The notes under the pieces: model-generated | Told to the model about the DNA's origin: nothing | Seen by the model: the letters and a program-made list of their open reading frames with translations, nothing else | Databases searched by the model: none | Source: Balanoglossus misakiensis | Taxonomy: Eukaryota; Animalia; Hemichordata | Assembly: GCA_040954595.2 (NCBI GenBank) | Contig: CM082597.2 | Location: forward strand, 186,001-250,000 | Length of the DNA stretch: 64,000 nucleotides | Reading direction: 5' to 3' | Shown here: positions 37,101 to 52,900 of the stretch, in pieces | How positions within the stretch are numbered: the first letter of the stretch is position 1 | Layout: every line of letters starts with the position of its first letter | Made by a program: the position numbers and the translations under genes

Positions 37101-37918
37101 TACAGTGTTGTCACATCCCATGTTATTGTGAATGAAAAGTGATATTAATGACTTCATCAGTGTCATGTGACATGTTCTATGATTAAATAGCTAACTTGAG
37201 TAATACATATTCCATTTTTAATAAATTGATTTGTCTAATTGAATAGATTCAATGAAATAACTTGGTGAAATGATCTTGATACATTTCCAAATGGATATTC
37301 ATGACACAAAAATTTTAAAAGAAATGGTTGGAAATAATATTCTTTAACAAATAAATATAAAGTAACAGAACATTTTGAGAAATAATAAACAAACTTGATA
37401 ACGCTTTGAACAAATTATTAAATTATATACTTTGAATAAATTATCATTTATACAATCCCTATATGAATATTAAATTTAATTCAACATAGTGTGAATATTA
37501 AATTTTATAAAAATAATAAATTGGCTTCAAGTGGATACATGCAATAATTAGATCAGTATTGGTTAACACAATTCAAACCTCTAAAAGTGATGTGATAGAA
37601 ACTGCAAAAAGACACGTTTTGCCTTGTCACAAATATTTAACTCTATATTTGAAAATTGGTAGCTTATAATCATTGCACTGAAAGTGATAGTTTTAGAGGT
37701 TCCCGCCTCAGTTAAAAACGCACAACACAATAATAAATGTCTTTTCAAGTGCTCTTGCACATTTATGTAACCTGGTATCTTTCAAATTTTCACCAATGTT
37801 TTTAGGTTTAGCCAGATCACCAGGTATGACCATATAACTGGTAGCAAAACCAGTTTGGTGTTCCACAGAGAAGTAAAACTCAAAACCAACTTTGATAATA
37901 TTTTCCAAAGTAAAGTAT

Positions 37919-40900
37919 TTACACAATGGTGTACTCTTCTTTATAGCCTCTAGGATTACCTTTCAAAGCTGGTTCAGACAACATATGAATCTCCACATCC
38001 TCGTTTCCTTCCGTTTGTGTTAACACATGATCATTCGATGGCTCTTCTAAACTGTCTCTGCACCTTGCGTCACCCTCAGCTGGTAATTCTTTGTTGCTAT
38101 GGTAGTATGACATTGGTATCGGTGTTGCAGGTGGTTTGGGTTTGAATGTGGACAGGGACGATGGTCTCTGCCTTCTTTCTGGCTCACTAAGTGATCCTGT
38201 GTAAAACATATTGTATTTGTAATAAGATGAAACTGTACTCCCAAAAGCATTCACGTTATCCTAATCCAGTGAAAGAAAATCTTTTGAAGATATAGTACTG
38301 AAACAGTGTGGATACCAGACTATGATTGTCTGTGCTGTATTGTTTTGTGCACTGACACTGTCTTCATACATGTATTATCCATGGGATAATGAACTTGGTG
38401 TACCTTACCTTGTGAATTTGGACTTTGTCTTGATCTCATTGGTTGACTGGAACCATGTCTTGATGTATGTGGCTTATTTGAAGCAGGTGTTGATGTGATT
38501 GGCTCATTATCACTATCTGTGCATACACTTGGTAAGGCACTGTCAATAGTGCCGGTCCTGCTATCGCATTGATAAGACAGGTACCCTTCGGATGGACTTG
38601 ATAAGTTTTCACCAACTGTCGTGAATGCCATGTCTTCTGTGGGACTGCTACTGCTACTATCACTACTGCCACCGCTGTAATGGACAAAATAAATATAATC
38701 AGGAGAGAAACTTTGGAGGGGGGAATCCTTTGACCTAAACATGATAGAACAGTGCTTGGTCTTGAAGAAGAATTCTTGACAATATATGTATGTTAACAGC
38801 CAATGTGAAATACGAATGGTGATATTGAACAAAAAGCTCGTATTAATGTTGTAAAGGACAAAAAACCTACCGTCTTTTCCTTCTATTAGGGCCCCTGACT
38901 GCTCTGATGACAGGTCGACCAATCACATGTGCTCCCTTTCTTTGATGTCGCCTGTGTCTGTGACGAGGTTGTCTATACATGGCTACTTGAGGACGCTCTG
39001 CTATTTCAACTTCACTTCCATCACTTGACCGTCTGGAATTCACATTGGGTCGTCTTGAACTCACACTTGACCTCTTAGGGTGATTTCCTTTGGTGCCTGT
39101 ACCATCATAAAAAGGGGAAGTAATTAAGAACCTGTCCATGCCAGTTTGTGCAATGGATTTCGAACGCCAATCTGATGTATCTATCAAATTCAATGGTACC
39201 GGGAAAATAAGCAATGATAGGATATGAACACTTACAGAATAAACATTAAAACATTGAATCATACAAGGAAACTGTCCCAAACTAACCTGCATTAGCATAT
39301 GCCGGTGGCTGTGTCATTCTGCTGTCGTGTCTTTCGGGGACATACGGCAATGGTGGCGTTGCAGTGAAGTGCCGAATGCCGTTGTCCATATCACTTTGTG
39401 TAGTAAGATCACTTGGTGCAGCCATGGGTGATACTCCTTGCTGTGTTTCCACATCATCATTGAATGCCTTGGCTAATTCTTCATGAGTAGATGACGTTGT
39501 GTCCATAGAGACTAAACTGTGTCTGTGTTTATCTGTAAATGCCACGTTAATCAAACAGTTGGTTAGCATGAATGTTATACCAAGCAAAAATATTCAAGAA
39601 ATAGCTACACAGGTAATGATCAATGAGTAGCAAAATAAAACAGCTTACCTTTAAGTGGTGTCCCTCTATGTTTAACAAATGTTGAGGTTGGTGTTGCAAC
39701 TTGTAATTCCTTTGGTCTCTTTGGTAAAGGTGGTAATACATTTAATGCGATGTCATCCAGACAGGCATATGTGGGGTGATTAGGAGAATGCTCTCTTGTG
39801 GGTGATGAGTCACTGTTAGACAAATAACACGCATCTTGTAGTTGAATCGTGCCACTGCCGTTTCTATAGTAAGGCTGGTCTTGGTGTTCTGTGACGTTGT
39901 TGCCATTTCCATCCTCACTGGCCGATGCATATATACTTTCTTCAGAATTTTGGCGGGAAGATTGGAAGGTACTCAATGGTATGGAACCACTAGGTCTTGC
40001 ATGATGCATATCTGGTGAAACTGGTCGGCCATCTTGGTCTGACATGTTGCTGTCTCCTTGCAATGGTTGGCTTTCTTCGCAATCAATGCCTCGATAAACC
40101 CATGGTCTGGGACGGTCTGCTTCTGGACGGCTGTCGGTGGATTCTCCTGATGGTGAATTGTTCAGAACAACTCCACTCTGGAGAAGAAATGGTTCTTGCT
40201 CAGCGATTGCCATAGCAACAGCTTGATTCTGAGCATCTGCATAACCATGTTTTATACTGCTTTGTCTGTTGATGCCACCACTGTTTCCACTGAAATAAAA
40301 TTTGACGTTTGTTAGACCCACACGTAAATTAAAACAACTGTCAATGCATCATGTGCCAATTGTCTGTAATTTCAGTAGTGACTGATGTCCACAATTTTGC
40401 CTTACAGTGTAAATACACACAGTATGCATGACAAAACTCACCTTTCAGCTTGGGCTGCCAATGTTGCTAAGTTCATCGTTTTCATGGTTTGGACTGACTT
40501 CCATCGACACATCAATTGTCTGTATCCACAAACAGCACCCATCAGTGCAATTACTAAGATTGTAAATCCAATAAAAACTGGTACTATGATACGAGGGTCT
40601 TCATAGAATAATAAACTGCCTTGCTGTGCTTCCAAATGAACAATAATGGGTGGAACTGTACCTATAACAATAATAATAATAATATGATTAAGCATACTTT
40701 TCTGTAAGATTTCTTATGTAAGGCTGAACAAACTATTAAATCGGTGTTGCTTGAATACAGAGTACGTATACTGTGCCACATATGCAGCGATTGAATGAGA
40801 TTCTACTGGATGATCATACTCACTGCCATCGTATTGGAGGGTAGCAATGCTGGTTTCCACAGCACTAGGACCAGCTGCATTGTACGCTGTCACTCGAAGA

Positions 40901-43900
40901 TTGTAGTGAGTTGCCGGATGTAAATCTTGAAGGACAAAGAAAGCTTGGTCTGCTGGGATATCAATGGCTCCTACATTCCAGTCATCATGGTTACTGAACT
41001 GATACTCTACAGTGAATGATCTGATTGGACATCCGCCACTCTGCCAGGATTCTAAGTTGATAGTCACAAATGTTGAATTCACTTCACTCAGAAATTGACT
41101 TGCAGGAGGCGCTACTGGTGCTGTCAATGTAAAATAAATATACAAGCATTTAGGAAACATCTTATGGCGCTAACTACTTGATGTTCAACGTGTATAATCT
41201 GATATTTATTGCTAATAAAAAGTATGCTCAATTATACTGCAAACATTTCGCGGTATGTATGGCCATCTCACCTGATCCTTGAGTTCTTGTTTCCACAATA
41301 CTACTACTATCACCAGCACCAATGTCATTGTAGGCAACAATGTAGAATTTATACGATGAACCACAAGACAAATCTGTCATGAGGTAGGTCCCCTCTGTTG
41401 TGTTCATGTCATTGTTTTCCCAGCTACCATGGTCTCTCTTGTAATACAAAGTAAAACCTGATAATTATAAAAAAAATGCAGATTCTTAGTTGGAATGTTA
41501 CAAACATATTAAAATTCACAAAGAACGCCTGCTGCTCCTCTTTACTCATGAATAATGTTAATAATTGGCAAGCTGTAAATATTGCTCTATATCTCAGAAA
41601 ATGAAATTTAAAAGCATTAATGACCTTTGATTGGACTGCCTCCATTATTTCCACTTGTCCAGTTCACCTGTATAGATGTTGTTGTTGTATCAGCCACTAA
41701 CAGATGCGGTGCTTTAGGCGGTGCTGTAGAAAATAGAAAAGAACATTCATTTTCATATGTTCTTTGAATACATTATTAAAATGTTATCCTAAATACGTCC
41801 ATATGGATACCACGGTTAACAAACATCATTGCAATTGATGGCTTCGTAGTGGCTTAAACAATGTCATTGTGATATTCATTACATGAGAAATGTTTAGTAC
41901 AGTTAGTGGAACTACTTTGAAGTTTCCTTAACAGACATGCAATTGTCTTCATTTCAATAATATAACCCAATGTCCTGGAACGGTACCACTTGTGTGTTAA
42001 CTAACATTGTTTGTGATAAAAGTAGTTCGGGAGAACTAGGTAAGAGTACACTTGACTCTTGTTGTTTTCTGTATTCTGTACTTACATCCACCCTGTCTGT
42101 TCACTAGAATTGCGTCACGTGCAACAAACAAATAAATAAGTGACAAAATGCAAAGTGTTAAAACATGCAACAAAAAAGCAAGCATGGTTGGGTCAGTTGT
42201 CTCAGCTTCAATTACAGAGCAGATTACATTATCAGCTAAACTTGAAATAAAAGTACGGTTGTCCATGCGCGATACTGAGAACAAAAGTCTCGCAGTGGTT
42301 TTGTCTTGTCTTCAAAATTCTTAACATTGCGAAATTTGTTTAACAGAGACCTTCTGAAGTCTTTAGACCAAATGATGCATCATTGATAAACCACAATATC
42401 TTTAACACAAATCTGATTGTATACATGTCACTGTTTAATTCCTATAAGTACAAATTAATTTTGGTCAGTATCCTGGCAGCATTGAGAAAAATGTTAGTAG
42501 CATTATATCCAAGGGTAGCTTGCAAAAATAGAATGAATTTGCTAAGTTAGTTAGTATGGTTAGTATGGTTAGTGTGAATGACTTTCATGTGACTCGTGTA
42601 AATGACTTTTCTTGACTTATGCACTGCACTTGATAATTCAATTTGTGTCACCAGCTTACTATCTGATGATCACTTGATAAAATAAACAATAGAGTTCAGC
42701 TAAAAGCCATTCAAAAGCATGTGAAAATTAGACCTGCATTTATATTGGTGGCATGGATTTTTTGGCTGCAAGAAAAGCACCCTCATTAGTTTACGAATGC
42801 CCTACTCAGCACCATACGTTTAGACTTACTTTTGCTACCTTGAAACCATGGTAATTGTGACATACTAGTATACTTCCCCACCTTGTAACCATGGTAATAT
42901 TTTAACAAAGTTATTCCCAATCCTCAAGTTACCGAACCCGATAAAAAGAACTTTAACCAGATTTACATTTACGTTTAAATCTAAGATGGTGTCTCACCTT
43001 GAACTTTGACTTGGACAGTGATTTGGTCAGTACCCCATTTGTTACTTGCTTTACATGTGTAATTGCCAGCATCTAGACTCTGCGCAGCCGTGATGTATAA
43101 CGACCCATTCTCAAATATTTGGAGGTGATCAGATGGTTCAATTGCTGACGTTAATCTGTAATGATAAAATTCTAATCTTAATCCATACTCATACAGCAAA
43201 TTACACTTTTGCAACATTTGGAGTGTAAATTACTCAGAACTGAAATTTCTGTCTGTTACCTGTTTTTTCTCCACTCCACTGAGGGTAATGGGTCTCCCAC
43301 GGCAACACATGGCAACTCAACATCCTGTTTCCATGGCGTTGTTAGGATTAAGGGAAATGAAGAGATTCGTGCAGCAACTACAACAAAGAAATTTATACAA
43401 GGAGCTGTTACATGCAACATTACATCATTTAAAATACCAAAACTGTATAACTTTTGACTAAAACCATAGTTTGTTATCGGCACACAAAATTTAAATGATA
43501 GAGTTGACTAATAAAATCAAAATTTACCTCTTTCAAATAGTATTTCTGTTGCTATCCTAGACGGCTCTCCCTCGCCTACTATGGTAGATGCAGTTACCCA
43601 AAAATCATATTCAAAATTTGTCTGAAGGTTTGTTATAGTGTGGTATAACAATGCTGGTGGTGGCGCCAAAAATAATTCTTCAGTTGCCTGTGAAATTAAA
43701 TAAATAATTGCAAAGTGTTTATGTTTATTGAAAGACAACCAGGTTTTGCAAGACAAAATAATCACTTTACATTTCATCGAATCATAACTGACGTGCAACT
43801 TCTGAATTAATGTATTTACCTCTGAACCAATACTGCCTTCTTTTTGTCTTGTATAGATTGTGTATCTGGTGATGATTCCATTTGGGTATAGGGGTGGTAG

Positions 43901-46900
43901 CCATGATATCATCACGCTTGTTGGAGAGACTGCAAGTGCTTTGATATCTCCCGGTTTATCAGGAACTGGACAAGAAAAGCAAAGAATACTTTTACAATCT
44001 CCATTTCAACAACAAACTTCAAACTTCAGTCACACGCGTGACATTGTCTGAAAAGCACGCAAATATGCAAACATAATTGTATGCTAAATTTGACAACAAA
44101 AGAGAGAGCTGAAATAACACTTACCATCTTGCTCTGTTCTTGTGAAAATAGGAGAGCTTATCACACCATCGCCTATACGTGTATATGCGAGCACCTCAAG
44201 GCTGTAATTGGTAAATTTCTGTAGGCCGTAGATATTTGCTCTCAAACCGTTACTCTCTTGGACAAATGTAGTCACTGTATCCTGCGATTCATTTCTTACT
44301 GGTTTGTATAAAACTTTATAACCCTGGAGTATTCCATTTAATGATGAATAAGGAGGTGCACCCCATACAACCATGATGCTAGTTGAACTCAAAGCTGTCG
44401 CTTGTACCATATGGGGTGGTTGACTTGGTACTGAAAAGAATATTTGAGAGGAATACGTTAGACTGATTTAAGAAGATAGTTTGCTTCAAACAATGATTGC
44501 ATTATTTGTATTTCAAATCCAAGAAGATATCAGTTATTATGCAAGTATTGAAAATAAAATAAATCTAAATGATGAGTGGACAAAGTTGGTTGCAGCCTAA
44601 CAGCTAGACAAACCAAACGATAACGATGTAACCTACCATCTTCTTGGGTCAGGATCACCTTGGGTTCAGATCTTGGTCCTGCACCAATGACATTGTATGC
44701 TTGCACTACAATGCTATATTTGGTGAATTTCTTCAGACCATTCAAGGTGCATTTTTCGATGTTCCTGGTGTTGACAGGAACTGTGGTGTACATGTAGTGA
44801 AGTGATGAGTTGAACTGTTTGTATCCAACATGATAGCCTTCAAGAACGCCATTTTGTAAATCTGCTCTTGGTTGCTGTGACAACAGATAACAAAACATCA
44901 CCGTCAGTCATGTTGAAACATTATCACAAGTTCAATGTTCATGTTAAGTACTCTAAAAGTAATTCTACATTTTCAATTTGCCTAAAGGAAATTAATTAAC
45001 AAGAATGTTCTCTCAAAATATGAAACATCAGAGTTACTTACTCTCCACCGAACTTCTATACGCTGAGAACCAGTAGCTTCAAGTTCAATATTCAATGGTG
45101 GTCCAGATGGTGCTGTAAACAGAAACAAAGGAACCAATTTAAATAATTGATTCCTTATTGTGGTGAAAGAGAAATGCATGAAAAATACCAATTGGGGTAT
45201 TACTATTGATATTTTCAATAACAAGAAATTATATTTAATACGATAGGGTGCAGGGGGCAATATTTTACAAACTCAATTTTTAACGAAATTCAATATTTCT
45301 AAATTGATTATGGAGTTAGGCAGAGGGATACTTTTATCTATGCTTCCAATTTTAAAACAAAAGATAATCCAATATAATCCCATGGCCACTCTCATGCAAT
45401 GTTATTAAAAAGACAATTTCCAGGCTTCAGGGATTAAATTACCAACATTAATAATCATTTGAGATCTACTTTCACAAAATGAAATACGGATCTGGTAAAA
45501 ATTGGGGTCAGATTTCAGGTGACCCTTGAAGAATATGAACAAAATGAGTCTGCCAATGCTTGCATTGTACATACACAGACATCATCATGCTATACAACAA
45601 GAGATGAGAACTTTGCTAATGTGATCTGGAATTTTTCAGCAATTATCTATTGGCGGATTTTAGAAAGAGTAATATATTTACCTTCCTGTAGAGTTGTGAA
45701 TATTGTATCTTTACTTGGTTGGCTAACACCCATAGCATTGAATGCATATATCCGCACATTATATGTATAGTAAGGATGAAGTCCTGTGATTTTCCATGAT
45801 GATTCGTTTGGTTCCACACGGATGTGAGGCAAACCACCCTGCCAAGGGTCAGAATCATTCTTGTATTCCAGTGTATATCCCGTCAACGGAGTGTTTCCAT
45901 CAAATCCAGGCTTCCACGCTATAATAACACTTCTGCTATTTTTGCCTATGGCTGTCAGATTAGATGGGGTTTCGGGTGGCTCTGAAATAAAATAATTAAA
46001 AGTATTTTTCAACTTTTCTGGTATCAGAATATTTAAAGAAAATCAAGCAACTTGTCTTATGTGAGTAGGAATAGACTGAACATATGTTTATCAATAAGCT
46101 TATACCTTGAACGATAAGCTTGAATTGTTTTTCATCGGTTCCATAAGGATTGGAGGCACGGCATGTATAATTTGCTGTGTCGTCTCTTTGAGTTTCTAAA
46201 ATCTCCATTGTTGACACCGTACTATCAGCATTGTTGTTTATTCTTATCTGATATTGTGCTGTTCCAAGTTTCTCATAAAGGACACCATTTTTCTTCCAAT
46301 CTATCGTCATTGGACCATGACCCTTTGCAGTACAAGTCATGGTGACAGATTCAGTCTTTCTCACTTCAATGGTTTCTGTGTAGCTCTCAAAATAAGCTGG
46401 AACTGTGTCAAAAACAAAACAAAAACACCTTTGTTAGTTTGGTCAAATAATGAAATTAACCTTAACCAAAGGCCACGCTTAAATACAAATAAACGTTATT
46501 AAATGTATTTCTATTATAATTCTCAAGATATTTCCACGTAAGATTGTCTGATTACTTACTATATACTGTAAGTTTGGCCGTTTTGCTGTCTGAGCCAACA
46601 TCATTGCTGATGTGACACAAATAATGCCCACTGTCTTCTGCCTGTGCACCAATGATAGTCAGACTGCCTCTCTCTGATACATGGATTCGTTGATACGATG
46701 GAATTGCCACAAAGTTTGAGGATCCGGGACCTACAACGGGAATAATACAGCAATGAAATGGAGTGGTGAGAGGTACGGGCTTCGCTAACACCTTGCAACA
46801 GATGACAACTTCAATGCTCCCTGTTAATGTGTTTACATCTGAATGTGACATTTGGTTTTGAAATATTCGATTATAATTTTGCTTACCTAAAGCCTTCTTC

Positions 46901-49900
46901 CATTGAATTGTGGGAGTTGGTGTACCAGCTGCTGAACAAGGTATGGTAACTGCATAGTTGAGAACTACTGATGAATCCTTTGGCGTACTGACGAACCTGG
47001 GAGGCACTGTAACAAAACAGATTCTCATTGTTTCTTCAGGTCTTTCAAACTGTCATATAATGAACTAACACTTAACATCATCAACAATGTATAATGTACA
47101 TCATCATCACCAACAACAATATATGAGCAAAACAGCCAAGTTTACTTACCAAGTACGATAAGTTCACTGGTGTACGTGACTTGTGCAGCATCGTTACTTA
47201 CAACACAAGTATAATTTCCTTCATGATGGGGCGAGACATCTCCAATTGAAAGTGTACTACTAAAGCCAGCCATATTAGTGATGCTAACACCAATGCCTTC
47301 TGGGATAGGTTTACCATCTTTCTTCCATGTGATTGTAATGGGCATATCGCCTGTAGAGACTACACATGGTGCTTGGGTGCGGTCGCCTTGACGAAGCATT
47401 GTTGGGAATTCAAATGGGGTGATTTCTGGAGGAACTGAAACAAGATCAATTACAAATGGTTTAATATATTATAAAGAAAGACATCGCATGCTCTTGTCAG
47501 TGTGTCCCACTGAACGTCGAGCTTTCGGCTTGTCGACTGACTGACTTACTGTCTGTGTCAGTCTGACTGACTAACTGTCTGTCTGTCTGTCTGACTGACT
47601 GACTGACTCTTAGACAGACAGACTCCTCAATGCGTGTGAGTTACCTGCCCTCAAAACCAAGGTTTACAGGTTAAATTCAAAAGAAATACTGATTTACCTT
47701 TAACAGAAATGAAAACTTTCCTTCTGGACACCGTTCCAAGGGGGTTTGTCACAATGCAGGTGTACTCGCCTTCATCTCTCCCCTTCTCAGTGTTGGTGAT
47801 AATTAGTGTGCCGTTAGGGAATACCGTTTGCCGTAAATTAGTGGGCAGCGTGTCCCTATTTTTCTGCCAGTTAATATCCTCTATTGGATAGCCAGCTACT
47901 CTACAGTGAATCGCAGTGTCACGACCTGCTACTGCTGTAATGTTGGGCATGGGTCTCACAATAGGATTGCCTGAAAATTCAATGGAAATACAATATTACA
48001 ACATACCGAAATTACTAAGTCATGTAAGATGATATAGTACAGATTACTACACACACTTCGACCACAGGGGGGCTCCCTCCGTTTTTAGTGTGTATGTTAG
48101 TTTGTTTGTTGTTACTGATTCGCCTAATAAACAAGCAAATTTTGTTTTTTTTTTATTCATTTATTAATAAATATGGTCACGTTTTTTCACATTTTAGGGT
48201 TAGGGTTGGGATATATTCACTCCACAGCATCACTCTCTGTATATTATATAGGGAGTGATCAGTAACTGACCAGTAAACGTTAAAACCCTAGTATTACAAA
48301 TGTTTTCAACAGAGTTGTCTTACGGTGCTGTATTCCCTTTCCGTGACCTAGATTGTAACTTATCACAATAACATCTTTTTTCACAGACTTTCCCTTCTCA
48401 CGGATGACGTCATTATTTTCAAGGCACGTCTCCCAATAATCCAGCTGTATGCAAATCAAGTATATGCTTAGGATTTGCACAAAAGCTTTGCGGCAAGTAG
48501 ACATTCGCATTATTATTGTGAACAGGACATTCCGTCTGCAGAGGTCAAAAGTGGCCAAGCAAAGTGTGCCAATCGATCAAACTATTGACAAAATGATTTT
48601 CCCATCGGGACACAATTTTAAAAGCTTATTGAGACAATATTAGAATAGGAATGACGGAGTTGTAGCATTGACTGAAGGTATACACTTGGTTAGGCATGAA
48701 ATAACATAAGCTACAGCTACTGGTTGTACGCAGCAACTACTGGTTGTACGCAGAGCAGTCTCGTTAGGGATTGTTATTGGCCAATTCATTTGTCAATTTA
48801 CTCTTCAACAGGTTTGGTATACAACAGGTGCGAGAATGTTGCACATTGTACAGTTAAGCCTTCCGAGATCACTGACCACTGTGACCGAGAACAGGAGTTT
48901 CACAGAATTAAAGTTTTCTGTAAAACTGTAAGGCCCCGCAAGGCAGAATTCCAGTTCAAATTGAACGCTTTAATGCTAAGTGCACATTTTGTGTATCAAA
49001 TCCGTCAAGCCAGTGAGGCAAATAAACTATGTTCCAATAATCTTACCATCCGAATAAACAAAGTAACGGAATCGCAACGCGCATCTTGGCAATTGAATGC
49101 GTTTCCCGACCGTGTGTGCAGTTAACAGGTAGAGTCACAAAGTAGAGTTCTGTCCACCAAAATGATGTAGTCGCATTTTACATTAGATAGCTTGGAAAAT
49201 TCAATTTCTGGTGGCAATCACATGTGTTCAAAGTCCAGTGAACAGACTGAATGTAATTTACCATATTACGATACAAACTGAGTTGCCTATGTGTATCGAA
49301 GTGTAAGATTGCTATAGCTTGTCGATGTAATTACTATAGGTCGTTTAAATGACAGCTGGTCAGAGCAACTGATACGCTTCACATCCAAGAAAGATTTACA
49401 AAGAACCCACTACTCTACGATTTACACTGATCTCATTTAATTACGTGCAATGTCGCTTAAATTCTAAGACCTGCGTTACGGCATAAATTCTGCAAATGTA
49501 TACTATATAGCCGTGACAAGGAAATACGTGTGTTGATTAAATAAAGTCACATTGTAAACTTTAGTTAGAACTGTCGTAAAATACAAATATTAATGATCCC
49601 GAGTTTTCAATTTATGCAAATTCTATAAACCAATCTGTGTTATTACTTAAATTTAATAAAGGTCACACGGATGACCTCTTTTATCAAAAGAATACTCAGT
49701 ATGAATTTAGGCCTGTACTGATTCCATCTTAGTATTATTTTGTCACGTGATTAAGGTAGTTCTGACATGCAAGGATTGTGTTACATCTAATTGCAACCCA
49801 AATCTAATATAACATGCTAAAATACGTCAAGTTGCACTGTATAAGTACCTTGGGAAATGGCGGATTTTGGGACATCAGATCTGGCGTGAAATGTGTTAGG

Positions 49901-52900
49901 TTGTCGGATAATTTGTTAGTAACCGTTTTGACTTTGCAACGTTAACAGTTTGTGCCGAATGAAAAAAAATAACACGAGATTAAATAGACCGACGAAATAT
50001 CGATAAATGAAAGTTTTGAAATCAAAGTTGCACATGAGATGTTATATGACTGAACATAATTAATCGCTGTGTGTTTGATGAAGCATAACAATGCAAGTAG
50101 ATTCCTTCACCAGTAACATTATCATTAGGTACTTCGACATCCACTGCAGATGTTCGATATCCGTCGTCTAAATTTTTGTCGAAGTGACCGGGATGATTTG
50201 TCATCACGTTGTATTATTGGCACGGTATCCACGCAGAGAAGAGACCTGACTTTAGACTGCCTGTTAAAATATCATTTTTGATGAGACGCTGTCTTTTAAG
50301 TAATGTAGATTAGCATGCTGGATAACCATTTATACGAGAGTCTTGGGAGATAATTATTATTCCCAAACTCCAGAGGTCAATAAATCATCCAATTTCACCG
50401 AGAAATTTCATTTTATGTTTCACATTAAGAACGTCGCTGTTGTTTTCGTGCGGAGATGTGTTCATCGTGATGCAATGAGCCAGGTCTAGAATAGAAGATT
50501 CTGTTGTTTTGTCTCAAATTGCACATAAATCGAACAATTCATCAATCAGAAAAGACAAAATAACTAAATGTACCCGAAAGCAAATTCACCAGCTCTGCCA
50601 GGTCTAATCAATTTGCTGAAAGGTTTCGCCAAAATCCAATCTGCCAAATACTTGAAATGTTTATTGTAGAGACTCACCATAAAACGGATGACCACTTGGA
50701 AACTAAATTCATCAAAACAATTTCCTCTGTCAGATCACACGTGGAAACTTTCTAGTAATGTTGGTATTTCACGCAAGACGTTTTTAATCGGGTTAATGTA
50801 TATCACATCAATTTTTCCTCGTTTTCATTTCATCCGGGGTTTTCATGCAGTCCATAAAATCAGCTATAAGTAAGGAAGACTAAATGATTTGTGGTGATGA
50901 AATGGCATGGCTTTTTTCAGTGGGGACACGCTCAATATAGTTGATATGCAAAGAAATGCTGCATCGATTTCGCTTTGATAATTCATATACACCCCGAGTC
51001 TATTTAATTTGCGGTGAAAACTGTGTTTGAGTCTAACACATTACAATTCGGGTAGGACAAAGACATAATTATGGCATGTAGCGAGTGAAAGCATTGGATT
51101 GTTAGAACCGAATGGAGAAGAATAAAATTACTCTTAATAAAAGGGTGCGATATATAAACTTCATTTAAGACATTCACGTGAAATACTGTCGACATCACTT
51201 TCAAAACGAAACTATCGTAAAATGGACAGAAACGTTACAAGAGTAAATAAAGCAAGAAAGAATGGAGAGTATTTGCGGAAAACCTGTTTTATCGCCTTCG
51301 GAGATGTATATAGCATACCAAACTGGCAAATAATGGTATTTTACAAAAGATTTGGTCAACATTTCGCACGAGAAAGTCAATGATCAATTGAGGACTCAAT
51401 TCTTATTCACTACAGTACATATCTACTGATTTACATTGTAGCTGGATAAATTTAGAAACGCTAGCAAGCTACTCTTTATGTGATGGGACAAGTAAAACTG
51501 AATGATATTATTATTCTATATTAGGTAAAGTACTTTTATCATTTCTCTTAAGCTGAACTTCTACCGTTACAAGTAGATTTTGATATTAATATGAAGTGGG
51601 AAGTACATGCCAAGGCATAAATTGGCCATGAGTTTGCCCGATTGCATACACTGTCTCCCTAACGTACAACCAGTGTGAATCATCCGGGTCTGTTCGGCCA
51701 AAGACAACATGAAACAGAGCGCTCAGTCAGTGACTCACAGCTCCCAGGGGAATCAGATATTATACTGGTATTCGTATTATCGCAAAACGACGCGTCAAAT
51801 GTGACTACAGTTTATGAATCGCAACAGACAACACGAATGAGGCGACGTGTATATGCATTGTATTCAAAGTGGGAATAAAATGTGCTTACCTAAAACATTT
51901 ATCCTATCTTCGTGATGAGTTTCTCCGATCTGGCTTGTTGCTTGGCAACGCCAGAGTCCACCATCCATTACAGTTATTCCTGTGATGTTGACATGAGTGA
52001 TGACGTCACCTTCTTGGTTGATCCATTCGCCAACACTAAATCGACTGTTATCGATATCTTTCAAATTCAAGCCATCCAATGTCCAAGTTATATTGGGCAG
52101 TGGATTCCCAGCCACCTGGCACCATAACTGTAAGTTGGGTCCTGGTTGTAAAGTTTGTTCACTGAAGCTTTCCACAATGATCGGCAGGGCGGCTGTAAAG
52201 TTGTCAGAATATGAGTTCCGTTAGTATTTGACCATAAAAAGTATTTTACATCTATGATAAAATTATGTAATATGAAACATACTCTATGGTGTGGTGTGGT
52301 GCTGTAGTGTTGTGTAGTGTGGTGTAGTGTAGTGTTCATTGGCGCATCTGTCAAAACTATTGGCAGAAGCTTAGTACACTCTCTATATAGAAACACTATT
52401 GAGATACTTAGCACCACTGAAAGAGATAATACAAAAGGGAGATGTCAAATTTGGGTCAAAATGTCATTTCATTCGCCCTTTTCTGTTTGTTCATAAAGTG
52501 ACGCTGTTACTATGGAAATTTACGAGGACTATGCAAGTTTCTTAATGAGCCCAACATTATATATATGAGGAAAACGAGGTCACTTCATAATCTTTGGAAA
52601 TCTCATTATAGCTTAAAAAGTGAGCAGATGTGTCTGTATACGCTTCATGGTAAAATGGCCCTACTATGATTCCCACAATGCAGTTACGACAGTCATGCTT
52701 GCTCTACTTTGTTTTCTTTACATTAACTTCACCAGTCGACGAAAACTAACATCTGCGACATGAAAATGTAAAAGTTAATTTTCCGGAAGTGGAATATTGC
52801 CAGTCTACTAAGTAACAAGGCACATAGGAAGCACCCTTTGTGTGTTTGCTATATTTTAGCCTATTACAACACACTCGTGTTTCCCGTCATCGAAGCCTAT

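Noticed and set aside
48194-48210. Interstitial telomere
   Set aside because: Only two to three TTAGGG-like units; too short to support.
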